Part shown: positions 39,229 through 49,041 of the stretch, one piece after another
Numbering within the stretch: position 1 is the first letter of the stretch
Layout of the letters: each line of letters begins with the position of its first letter
From: an uncultured Gemmatimonadales bacterium
Lineage (GTDB): Bacteria; Gemmatimonadota; Gemmatimonadetes; Gemmatimonadales; GWC2-71-9
Assembly (NCBI GenBank): GCA_963779755.1
Contig: CAVZZO010000001.1
Coordinates: 1,120,001-1,184,000, forward strand
Reading direction: 5' to 3'
Length of the DNA stretch: 64,000 bases
Made by a program: the position numbers and the translations under genes
The notes under the pieces: generated by a model
What the model was told of the DNA's origin: nothing
The model's input: the letters and a program-made list of their open reading frames with translations, nothing else
The model's database searches: none

Positions 39229-41940
39229 TCAGGGCAGCGAGTCGGTCAGCGCCTTGAGCACCCGCCCGAGCTGATCGATTTCATCTCCATACCGGGCCCA
39301 TTCGCCGGCTCGCTGGGCGGCGAGCGCGCGCTCATAGTGGGAACGTGCCTGGCGGAGGAGACCGGCCTGGGTACCGGCCTGGGCCGCCTCGGGTGGCGGC
39401 GCAGCCGCCTCCGCCGGCTGGGCCGTTTCCGGTTCTGCGCCGAAGAGCCGGCTCAATGCCTGGTCCAGGGTCGCGTCCATCACCACCCGGTTCTGATACG
39501 CCACCACCACCCGCTTGAGTTCCGGGATCTTCCCGCCCTGCGCCCTCAGGTAGAGCGGCTGCACGTAGATCAGCGACTCCTCGATGGGGATGACCAGCAG
39601 GTCGCCCCAGATCACCTCCGAGCCGCGCTGATCCCAGAGGGAGACCTGCCGCGAGATTTCGGTGTCCTGGTTGATCCGGGTTTCGATCTGCTGGGGGCCG
39701 TACACCAGGCTCTGCCGCGGGAAGCGATAGACCATCAGCTGCCCGTAGTTCGCTCCATCGTTCCTCGCCACCATCCACGCCGCCAGGTTGTCCTTGCCCC
39801 GCGGGGTGAACGGCGTCATGAAGATGAACTCGGCCTGCTGCTCCTCCGGCAGCCGCATGATGATATGACGCATGAACGGCCCCGCCTGTTCCCGCTGCTC
39901 CACCGTGGGGATCTGCCACTGGTCTTCCCGGTGATAGAACGCGTCGGGCTGGTCCATGTGGTAGGTGGCGTAGAGCGCGGACTGCAGGCGGTAGATGTCC
40001 TCCGGATAGCGCAGATGGGCCCGGAGGTCGGCCGGCATGGCGCTGAGCGGTTGCAGCAGTCCCGGAAGGAGGCTGGCCCACGCCTGGATGACCGGATCGT
40101 CGGGCGCGGCCAGATAGGCCTGGACGCTCCCGTCATAGGCGTCGATGATCACCTTCACGCTGTTCCGCATGTAGCGGGTGCCGTCCCGCAGCGGCTCCGA
40201 ATAGGGATACCACGCGCTCCGGATGTATCCGTCGAGAATCCACGCCAGGGTGCCGTCGTCCCGCAGCACCAGGTAGGGATCGTTGTCGAAGTCGAGGAAG
40301 GGCAGGGCCGCCTCCGCCCGGCCGCGGATGCTGCGGCGGAAGAGAATCCGGGTGCTGTCGCCCACGTCCTGGGAGAGGAGCAGCTTCAGCGAGCCGAACC
40401 GCAGGGCATAGAGCGACCGCCGGAGCACGCCGCCGACCGCCATCCCGCCCCGGCCCTCGTAGGGATGAAAGACGTTGGTATCTCCCGCCGGATAGTCGAA
40501 CTCGGGCTGCCGGGTGGGTGTCAGCACATAGCTGTCGGTGAGCTCGCCGTAGTAGATGCCGGGCCGGGTCACCGGCAGCGAGACGGTGGAGACGGGCGGA
40601 AGGTTCTTCACGAAGAGCACCGGCAGGCCCTCATCCGTCACCTGATTCACCGGGCTCATGGTGAGCCCCATGCCGTGGGTGAAGGTCAGGTGTTCGTTGA
40701 TGAACGACTGGACCGGCAGCGAGGAGACGTTGAGTTCCCGGGGCGAGAGCAGCACCTGGCGGTACCGGCCTTCGATGGTGTAACGGTCGTCGTCCACGTG
40801 GACGAAGTCGTAATAGGTGCGGATCTCCTGCAGCTGGCCGAAAGTCTGGAGCAGCGGATCGCGGTCCCACAGGCGGACGTTCTCCACCGTCGCCGCATTG
40901 GCCCGGATGTCCTTCAGCGACAGCCGCGCCTCCCCGCTCAGCTCCCGGCTCACCACCCGATCCAGACCCCATGCCTTGCGGGTCGCATCGATGTGCCAGC
41001 GGATCTGCGGCTCCTCGCGGGTCAGCTCGGTGGGGCCGACCACGAATTTCTGTACCGCGGCCGGCAGCAGGCCGAGCAACAGCACGCTGAGCACGATATA
41101 CCCGCCGAGCGCCACCCCCGCGGCCGCCAGCAGCCGGTTGCGGATCTCGCCCGCCACCACCAGAGCGGCGCCCGCCAGGGCCACGATCGCCATGATCCGC
41201 AGGGCGGGGAGAGTGGCGTGCAGATCGGTATAGGCGGCGCCCGCCAGGGGGCCGGTGCTGGCGTAGAGCAGTTCGGGAGCGCGTACCAGCCAGAGTTGCA
41301 CCGCCTGCAGGACGAAGAGCGAGCCCAGCAGCACCGTCAGGTGCCGGGCCGCCGACGGTTCGATCACGCTACGGGCTCGTCGGAGGACCAGGTCGCCCCG
41401 CAGCCAGTAGAGCGGGACGGTCAGAAGCAGGGTGATGAGCAGCAGCGCAAAGAGCCAGGCGAGCGCGCCGTCCAGCAGAGGGAGCCGGAACAGGTAGAAC
41501 CCGATGTCGCGGCCGAAGACCGGATCGGCGGTGCCGAACCGGCCGCCGGCCAGGAAGAGGAGGACGTCCTTCCAGGCGGCGACCGGTGGGAGTGCAAAGG
41601 CCAGCGCCAGCACCACCGCCAGCGGCAGAGACAGGCGGCGCAGGGCCAGCGCGACGTCGAACCGGGGCGCATCGGCCGCGCGGCTCTGGACCAGGACGAG
41701 GTGCGGGGACAGGCCGCGCTGCGCCAGGCGCAGGTTGCCGTAGAGGACCGCGAATGCCAGCAGTCCGGTGCCCCCAAGCAATGCCCCGCGGGTGACCTGC
41801 TCGATGCCGAACATTCGCCCGTAGCCGATGTTCTGGAACCACCACCAGTCGGTGAGGAACGAGGCGAGCGCGGGCACCAGCATGACCGCGGCGAACAGCA
41901 GCAGGACAGCCAGCAGGACAAGACGGCCAGGGCGGCGCAC
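39229..41940 (-). CDS. UPF0182-family membrane protein
   Basis: DWWWF, DPVFGRDIGFYLF, NVRLWD, HLTFTHG, YMRNSVK..IDAYDG, HLRYPED; GTG start after AAGGAGG. Confidence 0.92.
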   Translation of the reverse strand: MRRPGRLVLLAVLLLFAAVMLVPALASFLTDWWWFQNIGYGRMFGIEQVTRGALLGGTGLLAFAVLYGNLRLAQRGLSPHLVLVQSRAADAPRFDVALALRRLSLPLAVVLALAFALPPVAAWKDVLLFLAGGRFGTADPVFGRDIGFYLFRLPLLDGALAWLFALLLITLLLTVPLYWLRGDLVLRRARSVIEPSAARHLTVLLGSLFVLQAVQLWLVRAPELLYASTGPLAGAAYTDLHATLPALRIMAIVALAGAALVVAGEIRNRLLAAAGVALGGYIVLSVLLLGLLPAAVQKFVVGPTELTREEPQIRWHIDATRKAWGLDRVVSRELSGEARLSLKDIRANAATVENVRLWDRDPLLQTFGQLQEIRTYYDFVHVDDDRYTIEGRYRQVLLSPRELNVSSLPVQSFINEHLTFTHGMGLTMSPVNQVTDEGLPVLFVKNLPPVSTVSLPVTRPGIYYGELTDSYVLTPTRQPEFDYPAGDTNVFHPYEGRGGMAVGGVLRRSLYALRFGSLKLLLSQDVGDSTRILFRRSIRGRAEAALPFLDFDNDPYLVLRDDGTLAWILDGYIRSAWYPYSEPLRDGTRYMRNSVKVIIDAYDGSVQAYLAAPDDPVIQAWASLLPGLLQPLSAMPADLRAHLRYPEDIYRLQSALYATYHMDQPDAFYHREDQWQIPTVEQREQAGPFMRHIIMRLPEEQQAEFIFMTPFTPRGKDNLAAWMVARNDGANYGQLMVYRFPRQSLVYGPQQIETRINQDTEISRQVSLWDQRGSEVIWGDLLVIPIEESLIYVQPLYLRAQGGKIPELKRVVVAYQNRVVMDATLDQALSRLFGAEPETAQPAEAAAPPPEAAQAGTQAGLLRQARSHYERALAAQRAGEWARYGDEIDQLGRVLKALTDSLP

Positions 41941-42020
41941 ACGCGCCTCCTTTCCTTCGAGTATCGCAAAGTCGACGTCTGATGCTCGAAGGATAACAGC
42001 CCGGCGCGGGTGCGGCCCCT

Positions 42021-43535
42021 CTACGCCCGGGCCTGCCCGGAGATGGGGTGGCGCGCCGCATGCCGCCGCAGCGCGGGCTGGATGGCCTGGGCCAGCCGGC
42101 CGACGTCCTGGTCGATCTCGCGCGGCGTGCGGCTGCCATAGCCCAGCAGCAATCCGCGCCGGCGGGGCGGCGTCAGAGAGAAGAACGAAACCGGGATGGC
42201 CAGAATGCCGGCGGCCGCGGCCAGCCGGGAGAGCTCCACGTCGGAGTCGCCCTCCGGGAGCCAGGCGATGCACTCCAGGCCGGCCCGGTGGCAGCCCGGC
42301 TGGAGTCGGGGGCCAAAATGCCGCCCGAGGGCCGCGATCAGCGTGTCTCGCCGCTCACGATACACGCTATTCATCCGCCGCAGATGGCGCTCGAAATGCC
42401 CCTGATTCAGGAAATCGGTGGCGGCGCCCTGGTTGGTGAACGGGGGGTGGCTGTCGGCAAACTGCCGCACGGCGGCGAAGCTGTCGACCAGGTCGGGAGG
42501 CAGCACCAGCCAGCCGAGGCGCAGGGCGGGGAAGAGCGAGGTGCTGAAGCTCCCGGCGTGCAATATCCGGCCCGAGCGATCTTCGCCCTGGAGGGCGGGG
42601 AGCCGCGGCGCCTCATACTGGTGGTCTCCGCCGTAGTCGTCTTCCAGCACCCAGTTGCCTCCCGCCTGGGCCAATCGCAGCAGCGCCTGCCGCCGCGCCG
42701 GCGCGAGCGGCACGCCCGTGGGGAACTGGCAGGCGGGAGTGAGATACACCAGCCGGGGCGAGCCGTCGAGGGCCAGTCCACGGTCCACATCCATACCCTT
42801 CTCGTCGACCGGCACGGGGGTGATGCGTGCGTCGGCGGTTGCGAAGACGCCGCGCGCGCCACTGTATCCCGGCGTTTCCAGCCAGACGCTGTCGCCCGGA
42901 TCCAGCAGCACCCGCGCCGCCAGGTCCAGCGCATGCTGGGTCCCCGACACGATACACACCTGATCCAGGTCGCAGCGCACGCCCCGGCTGCGGCGCAGGT
43001 AATCGGCCACCGCGGCGCGCAACGGTCGGTACCCGGCCGGGTCCTGCACATCGAGGGCCGCCGTGCGACGCTGCCGCTCCCGGGCAACCAGCCGCTGCCA
43101 CACCCGCTGGGGGAAGAGGTCCAGCGCCGGGGTCGCCGGCCGGAAGAAGGGGGGAACCTCCACCCCGCGGGGCCAGAAGGACGGCAACCCCGTGATGGTT
43201 TCCAGCCGCCGGGTCCGGACCGGCTGCGGCGGAACCCGCGGCCGGGGCGGCCGGGGCGATGTCGCCATTCCCGCCGCCACGCGGGTGCCCGAGCCGACCC
43301 GGCCCGCTACGTACCCCTCGGCCACCAGCCGTTCGAACGCCTGGACGACCGTGGTGCGGGAAATTCCCAGATCCCGGGCGAGAACCCGGGTGGAGGGGAG
43401 CCGCGATCCCGGCGACACCCGGCCGTTGAGAATTGCCTCGCGCAGCCCGCAGTACAGCTGGCGGTGCAGCGGTTCGGCGCTCTCCCGGTCCAGAGGTACC
43501 AGCAGGAAACGTCCGTCCGGTGATCGACTTCGCAT
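42021..43535 (-). CDS. GntR/MocR (GabR-like) regulator with aminotransferase-like domain
   Basis: RLPSTRVLARDLGISRTTV, EGYV, GSGT, ETPGY, TPACQFPTG, LEDDY; SD AAGGAG. Confidence 0.92.
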   Translation of the reverse strand: MRSRSPDGRFLLVPLDRESAEPLHRQLYCGLREAILNGRVSPGSRLPSTRVLARDLGISRTTVVQAFERLVAEGYVAGRVGSGTRVAAGMATSPRPPRPRVPPQPVRTRRLETITGLPSFWPRGVEVPPFFRPATPALDLFPQRVWQRLVARERQRRTAALDVQDPAGYRPLRAAVADYLRRSRGVRCDLDQVCIVSGTQHALDLAARVLLDPGDSVWLETPGYSGARGVFATADARITPVPVDEKGMDVDRGLALDGSPRLVYLTPACQFPTGVPLAPARRQALLRLAQAGGNWVLEDDYGGDHQYEAPRLPALQGEDRSGRILHAGSFSTSLFPALRLGWLVLPPDLVDSFAAVRQFADSHPPFTNQGAATDFLNQGHFERHLRRMNSVYRERRDTLIAALGRHFGPRLQPGCHRAGLECIAWLPEGDSDVELSRLAAAAGILAIPVSFFSLTPPRRRGLLLGYGSRTPREIDQDVGRLAQAIQPALRRHAARHPISGQARA

Positions 43536-43784
43536 TCGCTCCTTTCCCCCCGCCGAATTGGTATGAGCTTGCCGCGTTCAAGTGGACCGCGCCATCCGTT
43601 GTGTCGCTCCGGGGTGCTTGTGATGCAACGAGTTATCCCACCCGGTGCGGAACAGCGTGCGCCGGTGTGTGTCCCGCGCCGCACCCGGCGTCCGGCTGCA
43701 TGGTCACACCAGCGATAGGGGGACGAATCTTGGTCCGCTCCCCCACACGCTGCGGCAACTACGGGTATCTGAGAGGAAGACACC

Positions 43785-46700
43785 ATGCGAATTACCTGGC
43801 ACTCGGGGAGAATTGCGGCTGCGGCGGGACTCGTCGTGAGCCTGATGGTGGCGGGCGCGGCCGGGGCGGCGGCGAAGCCGGAGCCGGGCGCGCAGGCGCG
43901 TCGGGGCTTCCGCCTCTTCGCCCGGTCGCTGGGCGCCATGACCGTCAACCGCACTTATTGCGGTCTCGATGCCACGGGACAGATCTGCGTGGACTCGCTG
44001 GGGTCCTCCACCATCGGGGGCGGGTTCTGGCCCAAGGGGACGGCCGACCAGTACGTGTTCAACTCGGGGCTCCAGGTGGCCGGGACGATCGGGACGGACG
44101 GCGGTCCCTGGGCGGGCGATACGACGGGGGCCTTCTTCTTCGATCCCAAGGGCACCACCCTGCACGGCGAGCAGGTGACGCCGATCTACAACACGCAGAA
44201 CCCGGACGACGCCGCCTTCATCGCGGCGGGGACGGACAACGCGGCGATGGCGGCCCGCATCCCCAACGCGGACGATACCCGCCTGATCTTCAACCCCCTG
44301 CTGCAGGGCCGCGACAAGGGCTCGCAGGGCGACGTGTGGTGGCTCAGCTGGGACGGCAACCCGGGCCTGGTGGCCGGCCGGCCGCACCCGCTGGGGGTGG
44401 TGGTGGAGCAGCGGGGCCTGGGCTGGAACTACCCCTCGGGCAATCAGGACATCCTGTACTTCATCTACACCTTCTACAACATCACTTCGCTGAACGCCGC
44501 CGACTACGCGGGGGTGCGGCCGGGGATGCGGGAGATCCTGCTGCAGCAGGCCCAGGTCTTCCAGCAGCGCAACGAGGCCTCCTTCGGGGTCAGCATCCCC
44601 GACGGCGGCTATACCATCACCAATCTGTACGCGGCCTTCTCCATGGATGCCGACGTGGCCAATGCGCCGGTGAACTATTCCTCGGTGAATGTGCCGTTCG
44701 CGCTGGGGAACACCTACGACAAGAGCTTCTCGCGCTTCGCGGGCTGGAGCTTCGATCCGACCATCTTCAACCAGCCGGGCCTGTTCTCGGGCACCGGGTT
44801 CGTGGGGGTGAAGTACCTGAAGAGCCCGGAGGATGCCAACGGGAACCAGGTGGGGCTGACGCTCTTCAGCAACACCATCAACGGCGGCGTCTTCGGCGAC
44901 GCCCGGAACACGACGCAGCTGTTCCGCTATCTCTCGGGGCACATCAGCCCCGCGGCGGGCGACCAGAACTGTTCGCTGGACCCGGTGGCGACGCACATCT
45001 GCTACATCAACAACACCTCCGGCGCGGACATGCGGTTCTTCCAGTCGTCGGGGCCGCTGACGCTGGCGCCGGGGGGCTTCGGCTCCATCGTGGTGGCCTA
45101 CATCTTCGCCGCGCCGGCCGCGGCGGGCGGGACGGCGTCCTGCGGGACGGTGGGCTCGACCTGCGACATCAAGCCGGGCAATCTGGCGCTGATCGCGGGC
45201 ATGGATAACCCCACGACCATCGGGGCGCCGGTGGGGGCGTGCCCCGCCTCGGGGGCCTGCGCCTTCGGCGGCAACGTGAACCTGCTGGATTCGATCACGG
45301 GCTTCCTGGGGGCGCGGGACCTGAACAGCAACGACACCCTGTCGCAGGACGAATTCAAGGTGGTGCCGAACTCGCTGCTGGGGAAGGCGCTGGTGGCGCA
45401 GGCGATCTTCGATAACGGGTTCCTGCTGCCGTTCTCGCCGGAGCCGCCGCCGTTCTTCCTGATTCCGGGGGACAACCAGGTGACGGTGATGTGGCGGCCG
45501 TCGTCGAGCGAGCAGGCGGGCGATCCCTTCTACTCGATCGCGAGCCAGGCGACCCTGAACGGGGCGCCCAACCCGCTGTACGACCCGAGCTACCGGCAGT
45601 ACGACGTGGAGGGCTACCGGGTGTACCGGGGCCGGGTGGACGCGCCGAACTCGCTGCAGTTGCTGGCGCAGTTCGACTACGCGGGCACCACCATCCCGGA
45701 CTACCGGGGCCAGATCAATCCGTCCGCGACCTGCGCGCCGGAGCTGGGGGTCACGACGACCTGCGCCACCACGTACGATCCGGTGGACTCGATCAACACG
45801 CCGGGGGTGCAGCTGGCGCTGCACGTGGACGTGCCGCTCTCGGGCCCGATCATCCAGGTGAAGATCGGCGACCGGGTGCTGCTGGCCGACGGGACGGCGC
45901 TGGTGGTGAATGCCGACACGGCAGGGACGGGGGGCGGCGGGTCGTGCGCGCCGTCGAACTGCCCGGAGCTGTCGGATACCGGGGTGCCGTTCGTATACGT
46001 GGATAACACGGTGCGGAACAACTTCCGCTACTTCTACAGCGTGACGACCTTCGACATCAACTCCTTCCAGTCGGGGCCGAGCAACCTGGAGAGCCCGCGG
46101 CTGACCAAGGCGGTGACGCCGGTGGCGCCGGCGGGGAACTACCAGCTGGAAGGCACGATCACCAGCGCTCAGCTGGTGGGCGGCGACGGCACGGTGCTGG
46201 ATCCGAGCCTGCCGCTGCCGACGATCGACCCGACGACGGGCATCTTCAGCGGCCCGTTCCCGCCGGCGAACGCGTGGACCATCGGGTTCGGGGATTTCGT
46301 GGCGTCGGTGCTGAGCCAGCCGGGGAGCTTCTCGGCCACGCTGGACAGCATCCAGCTGGGCTCGCCCTATGACGGCATCCCGCACCAGTACTACTGGACG
46401 GCGCACAGCGGGAACACGACGGCCCAGTTCTCCATTCCGATCACGCAGGACGAGGAGGTCGGCGTGGTGAGCGGGGCGGCACAGTTCGCGGCGGTGCCGG
46501 TGGATGCGAGCCTGGCCAGCCGGTACGGGGGCTCGGCGGGCTATTCGCTGCAGGGCAAGGTGACGATGAAGCTGAGCGGCCCCGATTACGGCCCGCTCTA
46601 CGGCCGCGGCTGCATCAACGGGCATGACGGCTATACCGACGCACCGGGGTGCGCCTACAACGGCAGCCGCTGGTTCGACGGGCCCAGCCCGGCGAACAAT

Positions 46701-47822
46701 GAGACTCAGGCGGCCCCCAACGGGAACAATCCTCCGAATGCGGGCTCCCCGGGCCCGATGGCGGCGCTGTCCAATGCCGGGGCGCTCACCGGCGTGGTGA
46801 ACATCCTGAACACCCAGGCCTATGAGACCGCGGTGGGGGGCGAGTATCGGCCGACGGAAGGGGTGAAGTCGGGGGCCCACCGGGCGGCGGACATGAACGT
46901 GTACTGGGGCAGCGGCGGGACGGTGGACTCGGTGGTGGATGTGACCCACCACGTGCCACTGCGATTCCAGTCGGCCCGGCCGGACACGGTGAACGGGGTG
47001 CCGCGGCAACACGGGGTGAGCGACGGCTGGGGCATCCTGAACCAGTCGGCAGCGCAGCCGTTCGGGACGGGCGTCAACTACGATCGCCGGACCGAGCTCA
47101 CCAACGCGGACATGGGGTGTGTCGAGCCGTTCCGCAGTTACGGCCTGACGTTCTCGTGCGCGACGGCCCAGTACTACCTGAGCCAGACCGCCATCCCGGG
47201 GCCGATCGCCCTCTTCGATCAGGCGCTCTCCGTCTCGCGGACCGCCCCGGCGGCGACCAACAATGGGTTCATCATGTATGTGGCCGGTGATTGGTTCACC
47301 TTCGAGCTGGCCGGCGGCGTGCTGCCGGCGGCGGGCACGGTGTGGACCCTGCGGCAGTACGAGGGCGCGATCCAGGGCGGGACCGGCGCGGGCGCCGGCG
47401 ACCTGGGTCCCTACATGTACTCTCTCCCCGAGGGCGTGCTGCCGCTGACGGCGGTGGGGGTCTCGCTGCAGGTGAGCTACGACGTGATCAACCAGGTGAA
47501 CGCGCCGACGGGGAACGACCTGAGCAAGGTCCACACGGTGCCGGATCCGTACTACGTGACCAACGCCTACGAGCAGACCACGGACACCAAGATCATCAAG
47601 TTCGTGAACCTGCCGCAGGACTGCATCATCCGGATCTACTCCTCGAGCGGGGTGCTGGTGCAGCTGCTGGAGCACCACAGCTCGCAGTTCGGCGGCGAAG
47701 AGACCTGGAACGTTCGCAACCGGAACAACCAGGTGGTCGCCAGCGGGGTGTACTTCTACCACGTCGAGGCGGGGAATGCCCGGCGGGTGGGGCGCTTCAC
47801 CATCGTCAATTTCGCGCAGTAG
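43785..47822 (+). CDS. Large secreted Cys-rich protein with T9SS-type C-terminal sorting domain
   Basis: Signal peptide; FnIII-like segment (GDNQVTVMW…EGYRVYR…YFYSVTTFD); C-terminus VPDPYY…IIRIYSSSGVLV…WNVRNRNNQVVASGVYFYHV…GRFTIV. Confidence 0.85.
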   Translation: MRITWHSGRIAAAAGLVVSLMVAGAAGAAAKPEPGAQARRGFRLFARSLGAMTVNRTYCGLDATGQICVDSLGSSTIGGGFWPKGTADQYVFNSGLQVAGTIGTDGGPWAGDTTGAFFFDPKGTTLHGEQVTPIYNTQNPDDAAFIAAGTDNAAMAARIPNADDTRLIFNPLLQGRDKGSQGDVWWLSWDGNPGLVAGRPHPLGVVVEQRGLGWNYPSGNQDILYFIYTFYNITSLNAADYAGVRPGMREILLQQAQVFQQRNEASFGVSIPDGGYTITNLYAAFSMDADVANAPVNYSSVNVPFALGNTYDKSFSRFAGWSFDPTIFNQPGLFSGTGFVGVKYLKSPEDANGNQVGLTLFSNTINGGVFGDARNTTQLFRYLSGHISPAAGDQNCSLDPVATHICYINNTSGADMRFFQSSGPLTLAPGGFGSIVVAYIFAAPAAAGGTASCGTVGSTCDIKPGNLALIAGMDNPTTIGAPVGACPASGACAFGGNVNLLDSITGFLGARDLNSNDTLSQDEFKVVPNSLLGKALVAQAIFDNGFLLPFSPEPPPFFLIPGDNQVTVMWRPSSSEQAGDPFYSIASQATLNGAPNPLYDPSYRQYDVEGYRVYRGRVDAPNSLQLLAQFDYAGTTIPDYRGQINPSATCAPELGVTTTCATTYDPVDSINTPGVQLALHVDVPLSGPIIQVKIGDRVLLADGTALVVNADTAGTGGGGSCAPSNCPELSDTGVPFVYVDNTVRNNFRYFYSVTTFDINSFQSGPSNLESPRLTKAVTPVAPAGNYQLEGTITSAQLVGGDGTVLDPSLPLPTIDPTTGIFSGPFPPANAWTIGFGDFVASVLSQPGSFSATLDSIQLGSPYDGIPHQYYWTAHSGNTTAQFSIPITQDEEVGVVSGAAQFAAVPVDASLASRYGGSAGYSLQGKVTMKLSGPDYGPLYGRGCINGHDGYTDAPGCAYNGSRWFDGPSPANNETQAAPNGNNPPNAGSPGPMAALSNAGALTGVVNILNTQAYETAVGGEYRPTEGVKSGAHRAADMNVYWGSGGTVDSVVDVTHHVPLRFQSARPDTVNGVPRQHGVSDGWGILNQSAAQPFGTGVNYDRRTELTNADMGCVEPFRSYGLTFSCATAQYYLSQTAIPGPIALFDQALSVSRTAPAATNNGFIMYVAGDWFTFELAGGVLPAAGTVWTLRQYEGAIQGGTGAGAGDLGPYMYSLPEGVLPLTAVGVSLQVSYDVINQVNAPTGNDLSKVHTVPDPYYVTNAYEQTTDTKIIKFVNLPQDCIIRIYSSSGVLVQLLEHHSSQFGGEETWNVRNRNNQVVASGVYFYHVEAGNARRVGRFTIVNFAQ

Positions 47823-47830
47823 CCACGGCT

Positions 47831-47868
47831 GGACGGGGGGCGCGCCGCGCTGGCGCGTCCCGCCGTCC
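47831..47868 (+). promoter_or_regulatory. Intercistronic GC hairpin between the sorting-domain gene and the porV-like gene
   Basis: GGACGGGGGGCGCGCC…GGCGCGTCCCGCCGTCC with no U-tract. Confidence 0.5.
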
Positions 47869-47889
47869 GCAACCAGGAGATCAGAGACC

Positions 47890-49017
47890 ATGCGTTCTTT
47901 CTCGGCACGACGGTTGCTCCTCGGGGCGGCGCTGCTCGGCGGCCTGCCCGCCGTGGTGGCGGCACAGGCCCCGGAGGTGAACCAGAACAACACGCCGTAC
48001 GGCACCACGGCGGCGGAATTTCTGCTGCTGGGGGCCGGGGCGCGGGGCACCGCGCTGGGGGGGGCCTACAGCTCCATCGCCAGCGACGTGAGCGCCCTCT
48101 ACTACAACCCGGCGGGCGCGGCGCTGATGACCCGGCCGGGGGCCATGGTGGGGACCTATGACTACGTGGCCAACACGCGCTACACCTGGGGCGGGGTGGC
48201 CTTCCCCTTCAGCGGGGGGGCGCGGACCTTCGGGCTGCAGCTGGGCACCTTCGGGTTCAGCGACCAGCCGGTCTACACCGCCGACCAGCCCAACGGGACG
48301 GGGTCGGTGTACTCGGTGAGCGAGACCTTCGCGGGGCTCACCTATGCGGAGAACTTCAGCGACCGCTTCTCGGCGGGCATCACGGCGAAGTTCATCTTCG
48401 ACAAGCTGGGGGATGCCAACGGGCAGGCCCTGGCGGTGGACTTCGGGACCAACTTCCATGCGCTGTTGAGCGGGCACCCGGTGAAGTTCAGCTTCGTGCT
48501 GAGCAACCTGGGGACCGACCTGAGCTACAGCGGCGACGCGCTGAACGCGGGGGTGCCGCGGCAGCCGCTGCCGGGCGAGCAGCCGGTGCCGGGGCTGGAC
48601 CAGCCGGCGCGGCTGCGGACCAAGGGCTTCCCGCTGCCGACCACCTTCCGGGTGGGGCTGGCCTACGACCTGCTGACCGGGGCCAGCAACCGGCTGACGG
48701 TGCTGACCGACTTCAACCAGCCCAATAACAACGCGGCGGGCTTCGTGGTGGGCGGCGAGTGGGCGCTGAACCGGCTGGGCGGCTCGCCCTTCGGGGTGGC
48801 GCTGCGGGGCAGCTACAGCTACAACCCGGCCAACAACCTGACGCCGGTGGACCCGACCACCACGGCGCTGACCGACGAGGAGAACCTCCACGGCCTGGCC
48901 GTGGGCGGGGGGCTGAACTTCCAGGCCGGCACCCTCAACCTCGGCGTCGATTACGCCTGGAAATACCTGGGCGTCCTCGGCGGCACCAACTTCTTCAGCC
49001 TTAACGTCGGCTGGTGA
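47890..49017 (+). CDS. porV: PorV/PorQ-family (UPF0164, FadL-like) outer-membrane beta-barrel
   Basis: Signal peptide VVAA|Q; GTTAAEFLLLGAGARGTALGGA…ALYYNPAG; LPTTFRVG; C-terminal Trp; SD AGGAG. Confidence 0.82.
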   Translation: MRSFSARRLLLGAALLGGLPAVVAAQAPEVNQNNTPYGTTAAEFLLLGAGARGTALGGAYSSIASDVSALYYNPAGAALMTRPGAMVGTYDYVANTRYTWGGVAFPFSGGARTFGLQLGTFGFSDQPVYTADQPNGTGSVYSVSETFAGLTYAENFSDRFSAGITAKFIFDKLGDANGQALAVDFGTNFHALLSGHPVKFSFVLSNLGTDLSYSGDALNAGVPRQPLPGEQPVPGLDQPARLRTKGFPLPTTFRVGLAYDLLTGASNRLTVLTDFNQPNNNAAGFVVGGEWALNRLGGSPFGVALRGSYSYNPANNLTPVDPTTTALTDEENLHGLAVGGGLNFQAGTLNLGVDYAWKYLGVLGGTNFFSLNVGW

Positions 49018-49041
49018 TTCCGCTTCGCGGGCAGTAAGGCT

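Noticed and set aside
43704..48050. 1448-aa minus-strand ORF, and similar long ORFs at 16322-19753, 39337-41982 and 56224-58992
   Set aside because: Arg/His/Gly-rich antisense mirrors of well-supported genes, with no family motifs.
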